Of a stretch of 64,000 bases of DNA, positions 55,346-64,000 are shown in pieces; position 1 is the stretch's first letter, and every line of letters starts with the position of its first letter. The stretch covers positions 22,849 through 86,848 of the forward strand of contig JAGXAM010000011.1 in the NCBI GenBank assembly GCA_019075905.1, read 5' to 3'. A model generated the notes under the pieces. That model made no database searches. It saw only the letters and a program-made list of their open reading frames with translations, and was not told the origin of the DNA. Source of the stretch: Hyphomicrobiales bacterium (GTDB lineage Bacteria > Pseudomonadota > Alphaproteobacteria > Rhizobiales > Beijerinckiaceae). Position numbers and translations under genes: made by a program.

Positions 55346-56584
55346 ATGGAGGTTCATGCCGTGTCACCGCCCAAAATCGCGCTTCTCACGGCTGGTGGCC
55401 TCGCGCCATGTCTTTCGGCTGCGGTCGGTGGCCTGATCCAGCGCTATGGCGAAATTGCCCCCGATGCCTCGATCATCGCCTATCGCAACGGCTATTATGG
55501 CTTGCTCAGCGGCCAGTCGATCGAGATTACACCGGCGGCGCGGGCCGGGGCGGCGGCGCTGCTGCGCCATGGCGGCTCACCGCTTGGCAACAGCCGCGTG
55601 AAACTGACCAATGTCAAGGATTGCGTGAAACGCGGCCTCGTCAAGGAGGGCGAAGATCCGCTGGAGGTGGCCGCAAGGCGCCTCGCCGCTGATGGCGTCA
55701 CCATCCTGCACACCATTGGTGGCGACGACACCAACCTGACAGCCGCTGATCTTGCCGCCTATCTGGCACGGCAGCAATCGACCCTGACCGTGGTCGGCCT
55801 GCCCAAGACCATCGACAATGATGTCGTGCCGATCCGCCAGTCTCTCGGCGCCGCCACCGCTGCCGAACAGGGCGCCCTGTTCTTCCAGAATGTTGTCAAT
55901 GAGTGCTCGACCAACCCGCGCATGCTGGTCATCCACGAAGTGATGGGCCGCAATTGCGGTTGGCTGACTGCAGCGACGGCGCGCGACTATCGCGCCCGGC
56001 TCGACCATCTGCCCTTCGTGCCGGGCATGGATTTCACAAAGACCCACCGCGATATTGATGGCGTCTATCTGCCGGAAATGGCCATAGACATCGCCGCCGA
56101 GGCAAGGCGCCTGAAACAAAGGATCGACACCAAGGGATCGGCGAGCATTTTTGTCAGCGAGGGCGCCTGCCTTGCTGAAATCGTCGCGCAGATGCAGGAC
56201 GCCGGCATTGCTGTCGAACGCGATCCCTTCGGCCATGTCATGCTCGACAAGGTCAATGTCGGCAACTGGTTTGCCGGGCAGTTCGGCAAGCTGGTGGCGG
56301 CCGAGAAAACCCTGGTGCAGAAATCCGGCTATTTCGCGCGGTCTGCCGCTGCCAACGGCGAAGACCTGATGCTGATCAAGGGCATGGTCGATCTGGCGGT
56401 CGAATGCGCGCTGGCCGGACGCCCGGGTGTCATCGGCCATGACGAGGGCCACGGCGGCATGCTGCGCCCCATCGAATTTTCCCGCATCAAGGGCGGCAAG
56501 GCGTTCGACATCAAACTGGCATGGTTTGCCGCTATGCTTGAGGAGATCGGTCAACCTGCGGCCCGTCCGGCCGTCACGGCCTGA
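55346..56584 (+). CDS. pfp: pyrophosphate-dependent 6-phosphofructokinase (PPi-PFK)
   Basis: TIGGDDTN (the GGDDT form is typical of PPi-type, versus GGDGS in ATP-type), PKTIDNDV, EVMGRNCGWL. The start could be a few codons downstream. Confidence 0.85.
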   Translation: MEVHAVSPPKIALLTAGGLAPCLSAAVGGLIQRYGEIAPDASIIAYRNGYYGLLSGQSIEITPAARAGAAALLRHGGSPLGNSRVKLTNVKDCVKRGLVKEGEDPLEVAARRLAADGVTILHTIGGDDTNLTAADLAAYLARQQSTLTVVGLPKTIDNDVVPIRQSLGAATAAEQGALFFQNVVNECSTNPRMLVIHEVMGRNCGWLTAATARDYRARLDHLPFVPGMDFTKTHRDIDGVYLPEMAIDIAAEARRLKQRIDTKGSASIFVSEGACLAEIVAQMQDAGIAVERDPFGHVMLDKVNVGNWFAGQFGKLVAAEKTLVQKSGYFARSAAANGEDLMLIKGMVDLAVECALAGRPGVIGHDEGHGGMLRPIEFSRIKGGKAFDIKLAWFAAMLEEIGQPAARPAVTA

Positions 56585-56732
56585 TGTGATCGCGCGAGGC
56601 CAGTGCCCTTGCCATCGACGGCAGGCGCGCGGCCCATTGATCGAAAACCGGGCGAGCATTATGTACCAATAAACAGCGTCTTGTCCGGATGGACGGGATG
56701 TCCGCGGGACAGACGAGGGGAACGCGCAGGTC

Positions 56733-57374
56733 ATGAGCAATCTGGCAAGTAAAAGGCCTTCGCAGCAGCGACGTCCATCGGGCAGTTCGCTGGCCGATCA
56801 GGCGCGCTTTTTCAAATCCTGGTTTGAGAATCCGGGCCGCGCCGGGGCGATTTCGCCCTCCGGCCCGTTTCTGGCGCGCACCATGGCAGGCTGCTTCGAT
56901 ATAGCCGGCGAGGGCCCGATTCTGGAGCTTGGCCCGGGCACTGGCCCGGTGACGGCTGCGCTGATCGAGCGTGGCATTGCCGAATCGCGCCTCGTCATGG
57001 TCGAATATGATCCGACCTTCTGCACCCTGCTGCGCGAGCGCTATCCGGAGGCCAAGGTCATCCAGGGCGACGCCTATGACCTGATGAAGACGCTGGAGGG
57101 GCACATGCCCGTCCCCGCCGTCGCCATTGTCTCCAGCCTGCCGCTGCTGCTGCGCCCGCCGCATGACCGCCAGCGCGTGCTTGAGCATTCGTTCAGGCTG
57201 GGCCGGCCTGACGCCCCCTATGTGCAATTCTCCTATGGCCTTAAATCGCCGCTGCCGCGCAGCGGCCTTGCCGGTGACATTGCCTATAATTCGCGGCGCC
57301 TGCCGCCGGTGCTGCTGAATGTGCCACCGGCGCATGTCTGGGTCTTCAACCGTTTGCAGCAAGAGATTCCATGA
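56733..57374 (+). CDS. class I SAM-dependent methyltransferase, phospholipid N-methyltransferase (COG3963/PmtA)-like
   Basis: FFKSWFENPGRAGAISPSGPFLARTMA and ILELGPGTGPVT (SAM motif I). Confidence 0.65.
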   Translation: MSNLASKRPSQQRRPSGSSLADQARFFKSWFENPGRAGAISPSGPFLARTMAGCFDIAGEGPILELGPGTGPVTAALIERGIAESRLVMVEYDPTFCTLLRERYPEAKVIQGDAYDLMKTLEGHMPVPAVAIVSSLPLLLRPPHDRQRVLEHSFRLGRPDAPYVQFSYGLKSPLPRSGLAGDIAYNSRRLPPVLLNVPPAHVWVFNRLQQEIP

Positions 57375-58489
57375 ACAAGCGTGGATTGGGTGTCGGGCTG
57401 GTCGGCTCCGGCTTTATGGGTAAATGCCACGCTTTGGCCTGGCTCAATGTTGCAGCCGTCTTTGGCGACGTCGCCGCCCCGCGCCTTGTGGCGCTGGCTG
57501 ATGCTACTCCTGATCTTGCGGCGCAAAAGGCCCGCGAATTTGGATTTGCAGAATCAACCGGCACCTGGCGCGACCTGCTGCAGCGCGACGACATCGATAT
57601 TATTTCGATCACTACACCGAACGAGTTTCATCCCGAAATGGCGATTGCCGCGCTTGAGGCCGGCAAGCACGTCTGGTGCGAAAAACCGATGGCAACCAGC
57701 CTCGCTGCCGCAACCTCCATGCGTGACGCTGCCAGCGTTGCCGGCAAAACCGCAGCCCTCGGCTATAATTACATCCAGAACCCGCTGATCCGGCAGGTCA
57801 AGGCGCTGTTGGCGGACAAGGTCATTGGCGACATCAATCACGTCCGCTTTGAGATGGACGAGGATTATATGGCCGATCCGCTGACACCCTTCACCGGGCG
57901 CAGCGCTGCCTCGGCCGGCTATGGCGCGCTCGATGATTTCGGCGTGCACCCGCTGAGCCTGATCCTGACCCTGCTCGGCAAGGCCACGCGCGTATTCGGC
58001 GACATGCGCAAGCCCTATGCCACCCGCCCGGATGGCAAAGGCACCCGCGCCGTCGATAATTTCGACATTGCCACCGCGCTGATGGAGCTTGAGGGCGGTG
58101 CCCAGGTCACCTTGTCGTGCAACCGCAGCGCCTGGGGCCGCAAGGGCCGGATTTTCATGCAGATTTTCGGCAACAAGGGCACGCTGGCCTATGACCAGGA
58201 GCGCCTCAACGAGGTGCAGTTATTCGTCAATGACGGCCCCGTCGCGACGCAAGGTTTTCGCACCATCATCAGCGGCCCGGCGCATGCGCCCTATGGCAGG
58301 TTCGTGCCTGCGCCCGGTCACCAGCTTGGCTTCAATGACCTCAAGACCATCGAATGCCGCGAGGTCCTGCGGGCTGTGGCGGGGGAACCTGCCCATCTCA
58401 TCAGCTTTGCCGAGGGCCTGCATATCGAGGCCACGGTTCATGCCATTGCCCGCGCCGCGGCCGAGGGGCGCTGGCTTGCTGTCGGCTGA
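57371..58489 (+). CDS. Gfo/Idh/MocA-family NAD(P)-dependent oxidoreductase
   Basis: N-terminal Rossmann GVGLVGSGFMGKCHA, and EKPMA motif. Start overlaps the preceding stop (ATGA). Confidence 0.85.
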   Translation: MNKRGLGVGLVGSGFMGKCHALAWLNVAAVFGDVAAPRLVALADATPDLAAQKAREFGFAESTGTWRDLLQRDDIDIISITTPNEFHPEMAIAALEAGKHVWCEKPMATSLAAATSMRDAASVAGKTAALGYNYIQNPLIRQVKALLADKVIGDINHVRFEMDEDYMADPLTPFTGRSAASAGYGALDDFGVHPLSLILTLLGKATRVFGDMRKPYATRPDGKGTRAVDNFDIATALMELEGGAQVTLSCNRSAWGRKGRIFMQIFGNKGTLAYDQERLNEVQLFVNDGPVATQGFRTIISGPAHAPYGRFVPAPGHQLGFNDLKTIECREVLRAVAGEPAHLISFAEGLHIEATVHAIARAAAEGRWLAVG

Positions 58490-58492
58490 GCC

Positions 58493-59041
58493 ATGAGCGA
58501 AGCCAGCCAGCGCCCGGCGCGTATCGGCGTCGTCACCGCCTCGGATCGCGCCAGCGCCGGCATTTACAAGGATGAATCGGGCCCGGCCATCGAGGCCTGG
58601 CTGACCCGGGCGCTGACCTCGCCCTTTACGATTATCCGCCGCATCATCCCCGACGGCCTTGAAAGCGTCCGTGACACGCTGATCGAACTCGCCGACCGTG
58701 ACCATTGCGACCTGATCCTCACCACCGGTGGCACCGGCCCGTCGCCGCGCGATCTGACCCCCGAGGCCACCGAGGCCGTGGCCCACCGCCACCTGCCGGG
58801 CTTTGGCGAACTCATGCGCCAGGTCAGCCTGCGCCAGGTGCCGACCGCGATCCTGTCGCGGCAAATGGCGGTGACGCGCGGTGCCTGCATGATCATCAAC
58901 TTGCCGGGCAAGCCGGGTTCGATCGCCGTCTGCCTCGACGCCATTTTCGCCGCCGTGCCCTATGGTCTCGACCTGATGGGCGCAGCCAGGATCGAAACCG
59001 ACCCGGCGGTCATCGAAAGTTTCCGCCCCAAGGGCGCCTGA
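58493..59041 (+). CDS. mogA: molybdopterin adenylyltransferase (MogA/MoaB family)
   Basis: RIGVVTASDRAS.G.Y.D.SG, LILTTGGTGPSPRD, INLPGKPGS. Confidence 0.85.
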   Translation: MSEASQRPARIGVVTASDRASAGIYKDESGPAIEAWLTRALTSPFTIIRRIIPDGLESVRDTLIELADRDHCDLILTTGGTGPSPRDLTPEATEAVAHRHLPGFGELMRQVSLRQVPTAILSRQMAVTRGACMIINLPGKPGSIAVCLDAIFAAVPYGLDLMGAARIETDPAVIESFRPKGA

Positions 59042-59121
59042 TCACGCAAGATCGGGGCGGGGTTTCACAAGCGCTTTTGCTTTTGCTACAGTGGCGGGCC
59101 ATTCCTATCGAGGCGCCGCGC

Positions 59122-59652
59122 ATGATCTCCCGACGGCATATTCTCACGGGCGTCGCGGCCGCCGCCGCCCTCGGCCCCGCCGCGGCGCTGGCGGCAGACC
59201 GCAGACCCGTTGCTTACCGGCGCGCAGGAGCGCCGGTGCGTTATAGCTTTCAGGGCGACCGGTTTGCGATCTTTCGCCGCATCATGGCCGCTTCGACATG
59301 GCGCTATCAATCGCTGGATGTAGCTGGCGCGCCATATTGTGGCGTGATCCGACACCTGCCGACAGGCTTCGTCTTTTTGACTGAACCGGACAGCGCCGCC
59401 CCAAAGCCGTTCAACGACGATAAATTCTTGGCGCTTATGTTGTTTGCCGAAGGCGAAGCGCGCGGCCAACAGCCGGCGTTGCGGAGCGGGCTTGCCGCCG
59501 CGGCGGCCTTCATTGCCACCGAGGTGGAACTTTTTGGCGGCGGTTCGCTCCACCTGCCGCGCAACTGGTTTGTCACTGCGGTTGCGGAGCGTGAGGCGCC
59601 ACCCTTCATCGCCGCAAGAACCGCCCATGGCTTGCTGCTTGCGCCTGTTTAG
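59122..59652 (+). CDS. hypothetical exported protein with Tat-like signal (SRRHILTGVAAAAALGPAAALA)
   Basis: 176-aa ORF in the only long gap between mogA and ettA. Third-position GC looks coding. No family recognised. The ORF-track start at 58705 lies inside mogA and was rejected. Confidence 0.45.
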   Translation: MISRRHILTGVAAAAALGPAAALAADRRPVAYRRAGAPVRYSFQGDRFAIFRRIMAASTWRYQSLDVAGAPYCGVIRHLPTGFVFLTEPDSAAPKPFNDDKFLALMLFAEGEARGQQPALRSGLAAAAAFIATEVELFGGGSLHLPRNWFVTAVAEREAPPFIAARTAHGLLLAPV

Positions 59653-59781
59653 CAGCTGGGCGCCCCGTAACCCCAGCGGCGCGCCGCTTCATCGCCCTCA
59701 AATTCCGCAAGCAAAGCTTGCTCGCACCTGCGCCCGCTGCTACCAGTCGCGCCAGCTTCTCCCATCAAAGCGCGACAGATC

Positions 59782-61434
59782 ATGGCACGACAGTTCATAT
59801 ATCATATGCAGGGCCTCACCAAGGCCTGGCCAGGCGGCAAGAAAGTGCTCGACAACGTGCATCTTTCTTTTTATCCCGACGCCAAAATCGGCGTGCTCGG
59901 CGTCAATGGTTCAGGCAAATCAACGCTGTTGAAGATCATGTCGGGCCTCGACACGGATTTTACCGGCGAGGGCTTCGTCGCGGAGGGCGCGCGCGTCGGC
60001 TATCTGCCGCAGGAGCCGCAACTCGACGAGAGCCTCAGCGTCACCGCCAATGTCAAGCTCGGGGTCGCCGCCAAGGTCGCCATTCTTGAGCGCTACAACG
60101 AACTGGCGATGAATTATTCCGATGAAACCGCCGAGGAAATGACCCGCCTGCAGGATGAAATCGAGGCGCAGGGCCTGTGGGATCTTGATTCGCAAATCGA
60201 ACAGGCGATGGACGCCCTCGGCTGCCCCGATGACAGCGCTGACGTGTCCAAACTCTCGGGCGGTGAACGCCGCCGCGTGGCGCTCTGCCGCCTGTTGCTG
60301 GAAAAGCCCGACCTGCTGCTGCTCGACGAGCCAACGAACCATCTGGACGCCGAAACCGTCAACTGGCTCGAAGGCCATTTGCGCGATTATCCCGGCGCGA
60401 TCCTGATCGTCACCCATGACCGTTACTTCCTCGACAATGTCACGGGGTGGATTCTGGAACTCGATCGCGGTCGCGGCATTCCCTATGAGGGCAATTATTC
60501 GAGCTGGCTAAAGCAGAAGCAAAAGCGCCTCGCCCAGGAAGGCCGCGAGGACGAAGCCCGGCAGCGCGCGCTCGAAGCCGAAAGCGAATGGATTGCCTCC
60601 AGCCCCAAGGCGCGCCAGGCCAAGTCCAAGGCGCGTATCGCCCGCTATGAGGACCTCGTCGCCAAGCAGAACGACAAGGCCCCCGTCACGGCGCAGATCA
60701 TCATTCCGGTCGCCGAGCGGCTGGGCCAGAACGTCGTTGATTTTTCGCATCTCTCCAAGGGTTTTGGCGAGCGCCTGCTGATCGATGACCTCTCCTTCAA
60801 GCTGCCGCCGGGCGGCATTGTCGGCGTCATCGGCCCGAACGGCGCCGGCAAGACCACGCTGTTTCGCATGATCACCGGTCAGGACAAGCCCGACAGCGGC
60901 AACATCAAGATCGGAGAAAGCGTCAAGCTCGGCTATGTCGATCAGTCGCGCGATGCGCTCGATGCCAACAAGACGCTGTGGGAAGAAATATCCGGCGGCA
61001 ATGATGTGATTTATCTCGGCAAGCGCGAGATGAATTCACGCGCCTATTGCTCGGCCTTCAACTTCAAGGGCCCAGACCAGCAAAAGAAGGTCGGCATGCT
61101 GTCAGGCGGCGAGCGCAATCGCGTGCATCTGGCGAAAATGCTGAAAACCGGGGCCAACCTGCTGCTGCTGGATGAGCCGACCAATGATCTCGATGTCGAC
61201 ACTCTGCGCGCTCTCGAAGAAGCCCTGACGGATTTTGCCGGTTGCGCCGTGATCATCTCGCATGATCGCTTCTTTCTTGATCGCATCGCCACTCACATGC
61301 TGGCCTTTGAGGGCGACAGCCATGTCGAATGGTTCGAGGGCAATTTTGCCGATTACGAGGAAGACAAGAAGCGCCGGCTGGGTGCCGATTCCATCATTCC
61401 GCACAAGCTGAAATACAAGAAATTCGCGCGCTGA
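59782..61434 (+). CDS. ettA: energy-dependent translational throttle protein EttA (ABC-F)
   Basis: 550 aa. [27 protein letters not shown]-terminus, two ABC domains (GVNGSGKST / GPNGAGKTT; LSGGERRR / LSGGERNR) and a charged interdomain arm. Confidence 0.95.
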   Translation: MARQFIYHMQGLTKAWPGGKKVLDNVHLSFYPDAKIGVLGVNGSGKSTLLKIMSGLDTDFTGEGFVAEGARVGYLPQEPQLDESLSVTANVKLGVAAKVAILERYNELAMNYSDETAEEMTRLQDEIEAQGLWDLDSQIEQAMDALGCPDDSADVSKLSGGERRRVALCRLLLEKPDLLLLDEPTNHLDAETVNWLEGHLRDYPGAILIVTHDRYFLDNVTGWILELDRGRGIPYEGNYSSWLKQKQKRLAQEGREDEARQRALEAESEWIASSPKARQAKSKARIARYEDLVAKQNDKAPVTAQIIIPVAERLGQNVVDFSHLSKGFGERLLIDDLSFKLPPGGIVGVIGPNGAGKTTLFRMITGQDKPDSGNIKIGESVKLGYVDQSRDALDANKTLWEEISGGNDVIYLGKREMNSRAYCSAFNFKGPDQQKKVGMLSGGERNRVHLAKMLKTGANLLLLDEPTNDLDVDTLRALEEALTDFAGCAVIISHDRFFLDRIATHMLAFEGDSHVEWFEGNFADYEEDKKRRLGADSIIPHKLKYKKFAR

Positions 61435-61460
61435 GGCTCTTCGCCCCAGCGCGTCAACCC

Positions 61461-62462
61461 TCACCCGCGCATCGGCACGAATACTGTGCCGATCATGCCA
61501 AAGGCCGGCTCGCCATATTGGTTGATGCCAAAGCTGCGGGCCTCGCACAGCGCCCAGCCGGGGCGCGAGGTTGGGCGCGCGCTCAGGCCTTCGCTGTAAA
61601 AATGCAGCGTATCGCCCGCCCGCACCGGTCGCGGCCAGGCAATCTCGCGCACACCGGGTGAAGGGCCGGTCGCCGCGACAAAGCCCTTGGCTGCGGCGTC
61701 GGCCTGGCCGCGATGCCGGGCATCCACCAGCATGCGCATATGCACGGCCGCGCTCTGCCAGCCGGAGGCCACCAGCCCGCCAAAATGGCTCCTGCGCCCG
61801 GCCTCCTCGCTCAGGTGAAACGGCTGCGGGTCGAATTGCCTTGCAAAGGCAATGATATTGGCGGCATCAAACTGGTAGGAGCCGATGTAAATGCGCTTGC
61901 CCGGCTCGAAATCCTCATAAAACAGCGGCAGCAGCCCGAGCGGCTCCTGGGGCGGGGCGACCACCGGCGGTGCTGGCGGAATTTCCGCATGTGGCGGCGC
62001 AAAACCCCGGCGCCCGACCATCACCGTCATCTCTTGCGTCAGCACCACTTCGTCGCGCTGGTTCAGCAGGGCCGAGTGCATCGCCACCAGCCCCATGGCC
62101 GGCCGGGATTTCGATTCGCGCTTCGAGACGATCTCACAGCGTGCCGACAGCCGGTCATCCGGCCGCACCGGCTTCAGCCATTTCAGCTGATCGACGCCCG
62201 GCCCGCCCCATGACGCCGAGCGGTTCACCCATGAATCGCACGACAGCCGCATCAATATGCCGACGCTGTGCCAGCCCGAAGCGCTCAAGCCGCCGAGGAT
62301 CGAGGCTTTGGCCGCCTCTTCATCGAGGTGAAATACCTGCGGATCATAGGTGCGGGCGAAGTCGATAATGGCATCCCTGGTGATGACATGGCTGCCGCCG
62401 CTGATGACTTCGCCGACCTTCAGATCCTCAAAATAAAATTCGATGTCACCAGCTTCAGCCAT
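61461..62462 (-). CDS. tandem MaoC-like (double hot-dog) dehydratase-family protein
   Basis: Two homologous halves, each with F..DF.PG...IGSY / FARTYDPQVFHLDEEAA..S.LGGLSASGWH-type MaoC motifs, joined by a Pro-rich linker. Confidence 0.8.
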   Translation of the reverse strand: MAEAGDIEFYFEDLKVGEVISGGSHVITRDAIIDFARTYDPQVFHLDEEAAKASILGGLSASGWHSVGILMRLSCDSWVNRSASWGGPGVDQLKWLKPVRPDDRLSARCEIVSKRESKSRPAMGLVAMHSALLNQRDEVVLTQEMTVMVGRRGFAPPHAEIPPAPPVVAPPQEPLGLLPLFYEDFEPGKRIYIGSYQFDAANIIAFARQFDPQPFHLSEEAGRRSHFGGLVASGWQSAAVHMRMLVDARHRGQADAAAKGFVAATGPSPGVREIAWPRPVRAGDTLHFYSEGLSARPTSRPGWALCEARSFGINQYGEPAFGMIGTVFVPMRG

Positions 62463-62471
62463 GGCCTTGCC

Positions 62472-63569
62472 TCAGTTCGCAAATCGGAAATGCAGCGTAT
62501 CGCCATCGGCGACGACATAATCCTTGCCTTCCAGCCGGAATTTGCCCGCCTCGCGCGCGCCAGCCTCGCCCTTGCCCGCCACATAATCCTCATAGGCAAT
62601 GGTTTCGGCGCGAATGAACCCCTTTTCAAAATCGGTATGGATCACCCCGGCCGCCTGCGGTGCCCGCGTGCCGCGCGGAATTGTCCAGGCGCGGGCTTCC
62701 TTCGGGCCAACCGTGAAATAAGTGATGAGATTGAGCAGGGCATAGCCGGCGCGGATGACGCGGTTCAGCCCCGGCTCTGCAAGGCCCACGGCCTCCAGAT
62801 AATCCGCCTGGTCGGCTTGCGGCAGCAGCGCAATCTCGCTTTCGATACGCGCCGACACCACCACCGCGACCGCGCCTTCCTGTGCCGCGCGCTCGGCGAC
62901 CCTGGCGGAAAAGCCGTTGCCCTTGTCGGCGCTGGCTTCCTCAACATTGCAGACATAAAGCACCGGCTTCGAGGACAGCAGGCCGAGCCCCTTGAAAATG
63001 CGCTCATTGTCGCCCGTAGGCGCCACCAGCCGGGCCGGCTTGCCCTCGCGCAGCAAGGCGAGGCAGGCGCTCATGACATCGACAACTTCCTTGGCCTCCT
63101 TGTCGCCGCCCTTGGCGCGCTTTTCCAGCGGCGGCAGGCGCTTTTCGAGGCTTTCGAGATCGGCCAGCATCAATTCGGTCTCGATCGTGTCAATATCGCT
63201 CAGGGGGTCGATCTTGCCCTCGACATGGGTAATGTCGCCATCCTCGAAACAGCGCACCACATGGGCGATGGCGTCGCATTCGCGGATCGTGGCAAGAAAC
63301 TGGTTGCCAAGCCCCTCGCCCTTCGAGGCCCCACGCACCAGCCCGGCAATATCGACGAAGGTCAGGCGCGTCGGAATCAGCTCGCGCGACGCGGCGATCT
63401 CGGCAAGTTTCGCAAGGCGCGGGTCAGGAACCGCGACATCGCCGACATTGGGCTCGATCGTGCAGAACGGATAATTGGCCGCCTGCGCCGCCGCCGTCTG
63501 CGTCAAGGCATTGAACAATGTTGATTTGCCGACATTGGGCAGACCAACAATACCGCATTTGAAACCCAT
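62472..63569 (-). CDS. ychF: redox-regulated ribosome-binding ATPase YchF
   Basis: Start at MGFKCGIVGLPNVGKSTLFNALT. TGS domain at the C-terminus (DGDTLHFRFA). The ORF-track start at 63599 was rejected. Confidence 0.96.
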   Translation of the reverse strand: MGFKCGIVGLPNVGKSTLFNALTQTAAAQAANYPFCTIEPNVGDVAVPDPRLAKLAEIAASRELIPTRLTFVDIAGLVRGASKGEGLGNQFLATIRECDAIAHVVRCFEDGDITHVEGKIDPLSDIDTIETELMLADLESLEKRLPPLEKRAKGGDKEAKEVVDVMSACLALLREGKPARLVAPTGDNERIFKGLGLLSSKPVLYVCNVEEASADKGNGFSARVAERAAQEGAVAVVVSARIESEIALLPQADQADYLEAVGLAEPGLNRVIRAGYALLNLITYFTVGPKEARAWTIPRGTRAPQAAGVIHTDFEKGFIRAETIAYEDYVAGKGEAGAREAGKFRLEGKDYVVADGDTLHFRFAN

Positions 63570-63683
63570 GGAAATTGAACCCGCAAGGGCCGCGCGCAAG
63601 CGCCGCCGGAAAGTGATGCGGGTTCTCTCGCATGCTGGTCACATGCCGCGCAAGGGGGGCGGCCCCTCAGGCCGCCATGACCA

Positions 63684-64000
63684 TCAGGCTTCCGAACGTG
63701 CCGGGTGCTGGCCGGCCTTCTGCGGCACGAGCCGGACCAGCACGACCATGGCCACGATCAGCACCGCCGAGGCGGCAAAGCGACTGAAGTTGAGACCACC
63801 CAGCGCCACCGGCTTGTCGAGCAGATCGCCGACGGTTGCGCCAAGCGGACGCGTCAGCACAAAGGCCGCCCAGAACAAGGACACTGTCGAAATCCGTGAC
63901 CAGAAATGCAGCGCGACGATAACGGCCAGTCCGGCGCTGAAAATCAGCGCGCCGCCCTCAAAACCGAGACTGTTGGCCCCGGCCACCCAGTCGCCCAGCG
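63684..64000 (-). CDS. integral membrane protein (COG4705-like), 5' end beyond the window
   Basis: Reading frame is open to the window edge. Hydrophobic helices and LTRPLGATVGDLLDKP motif. Family assignment is from memory only. Confidence 0.5.
   Translation of the reverse strand, partial: LGDWVAGANSLGFEGGALIFSAGLAVIVALHFWSRISTVSLFWAAFVLTRPLGATVGDLLDKPVALGGLNFSRFAASAVLIVAMVVLVRLVPQKAGQHPARSEA

Noticed and set aside
59122-59652. Faint resemblance of LMLFAEGEARGQ to the SleB-type cell-wall hydrolase motif (..YGEARGE..).
   Set aside because: Only about six residues match. The rest of the Hydrolase_2 domain signature is not apparent, so the protein is kept as hypothetical.

Overview
This 64-kb window comes from a visibly GC-rich alphaproteobacterium; I estimate mid-60s % GC but did not compute it. 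Gene order and protein sequences look Hyphomicrobiales/Rhizobiales-like, and I cannot fix the exact taxon. The window is almost entirely core chromosome: about 57 protein genes, three tRNAs (Tyr, Gly, Cys) and very short intergenic gaps.

Recognisable blocks:
- recG (5' end cut by the window edge), rlmB-like gene, tRNA-Tyr/Gly, acnA.
- epmA-uxuA-trpB.
- A Rhizobiales-type porin, then marR, trpS, nfu, tsaB-rimI.
- miaB-phoH-ybeY-corC-lnt, an XRE regulator, metK-trmB.
- A nine-gene minus-strand nucleoside uptake/catabolism cluster: long-form dCTP deaminase, BMP-type ABC transporter, cdd, PNP, deoC, deoA.
- metZ, mscL, and a 1187-aa SSS-STAC-PAS-HK-REC hybrid sensor kinase.
- fhs, tRNA-Cys, a LapG-like BTLCP protease, uppP, a PsiF-repeat protein.
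- pccB, a GH51 arabinofuranosidase, PPi-PFK, mogA, ettA, ychF.

I saw no CRISPR array, transposase, integrase, phage module or recognisable defence gene.

Features that ordinary annotation does not explain:
1. A four-copy family of nested palindromic intergenic repeats. Three copies share a conserved loop, and two same-orientation copies bracket the porin gene.
2. An open chimeric ORF that joins the N-terminal half of a GIY-YIG nuclease to the C-terminal third of PanB. It sits next to one repeat copy and a C7G7 palindrome.
3. A small lower-GC islet with a DUF2726-like ORF beside tRNA-Cys.
4. An orphan CrbS-like sensor kinase preceded by a cluster of perfect CAATTG-core palindromes.
5. An orphan LapG-like protease behind an AT-rich leader.

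I did not find convincing evidence for a new multi-gene system. The repeat family and the GIY-YIG chimera are the best leads and are scored modestly. The many long ORFs antisense to real genes are GC-driven shadow ORFs and were rejected.
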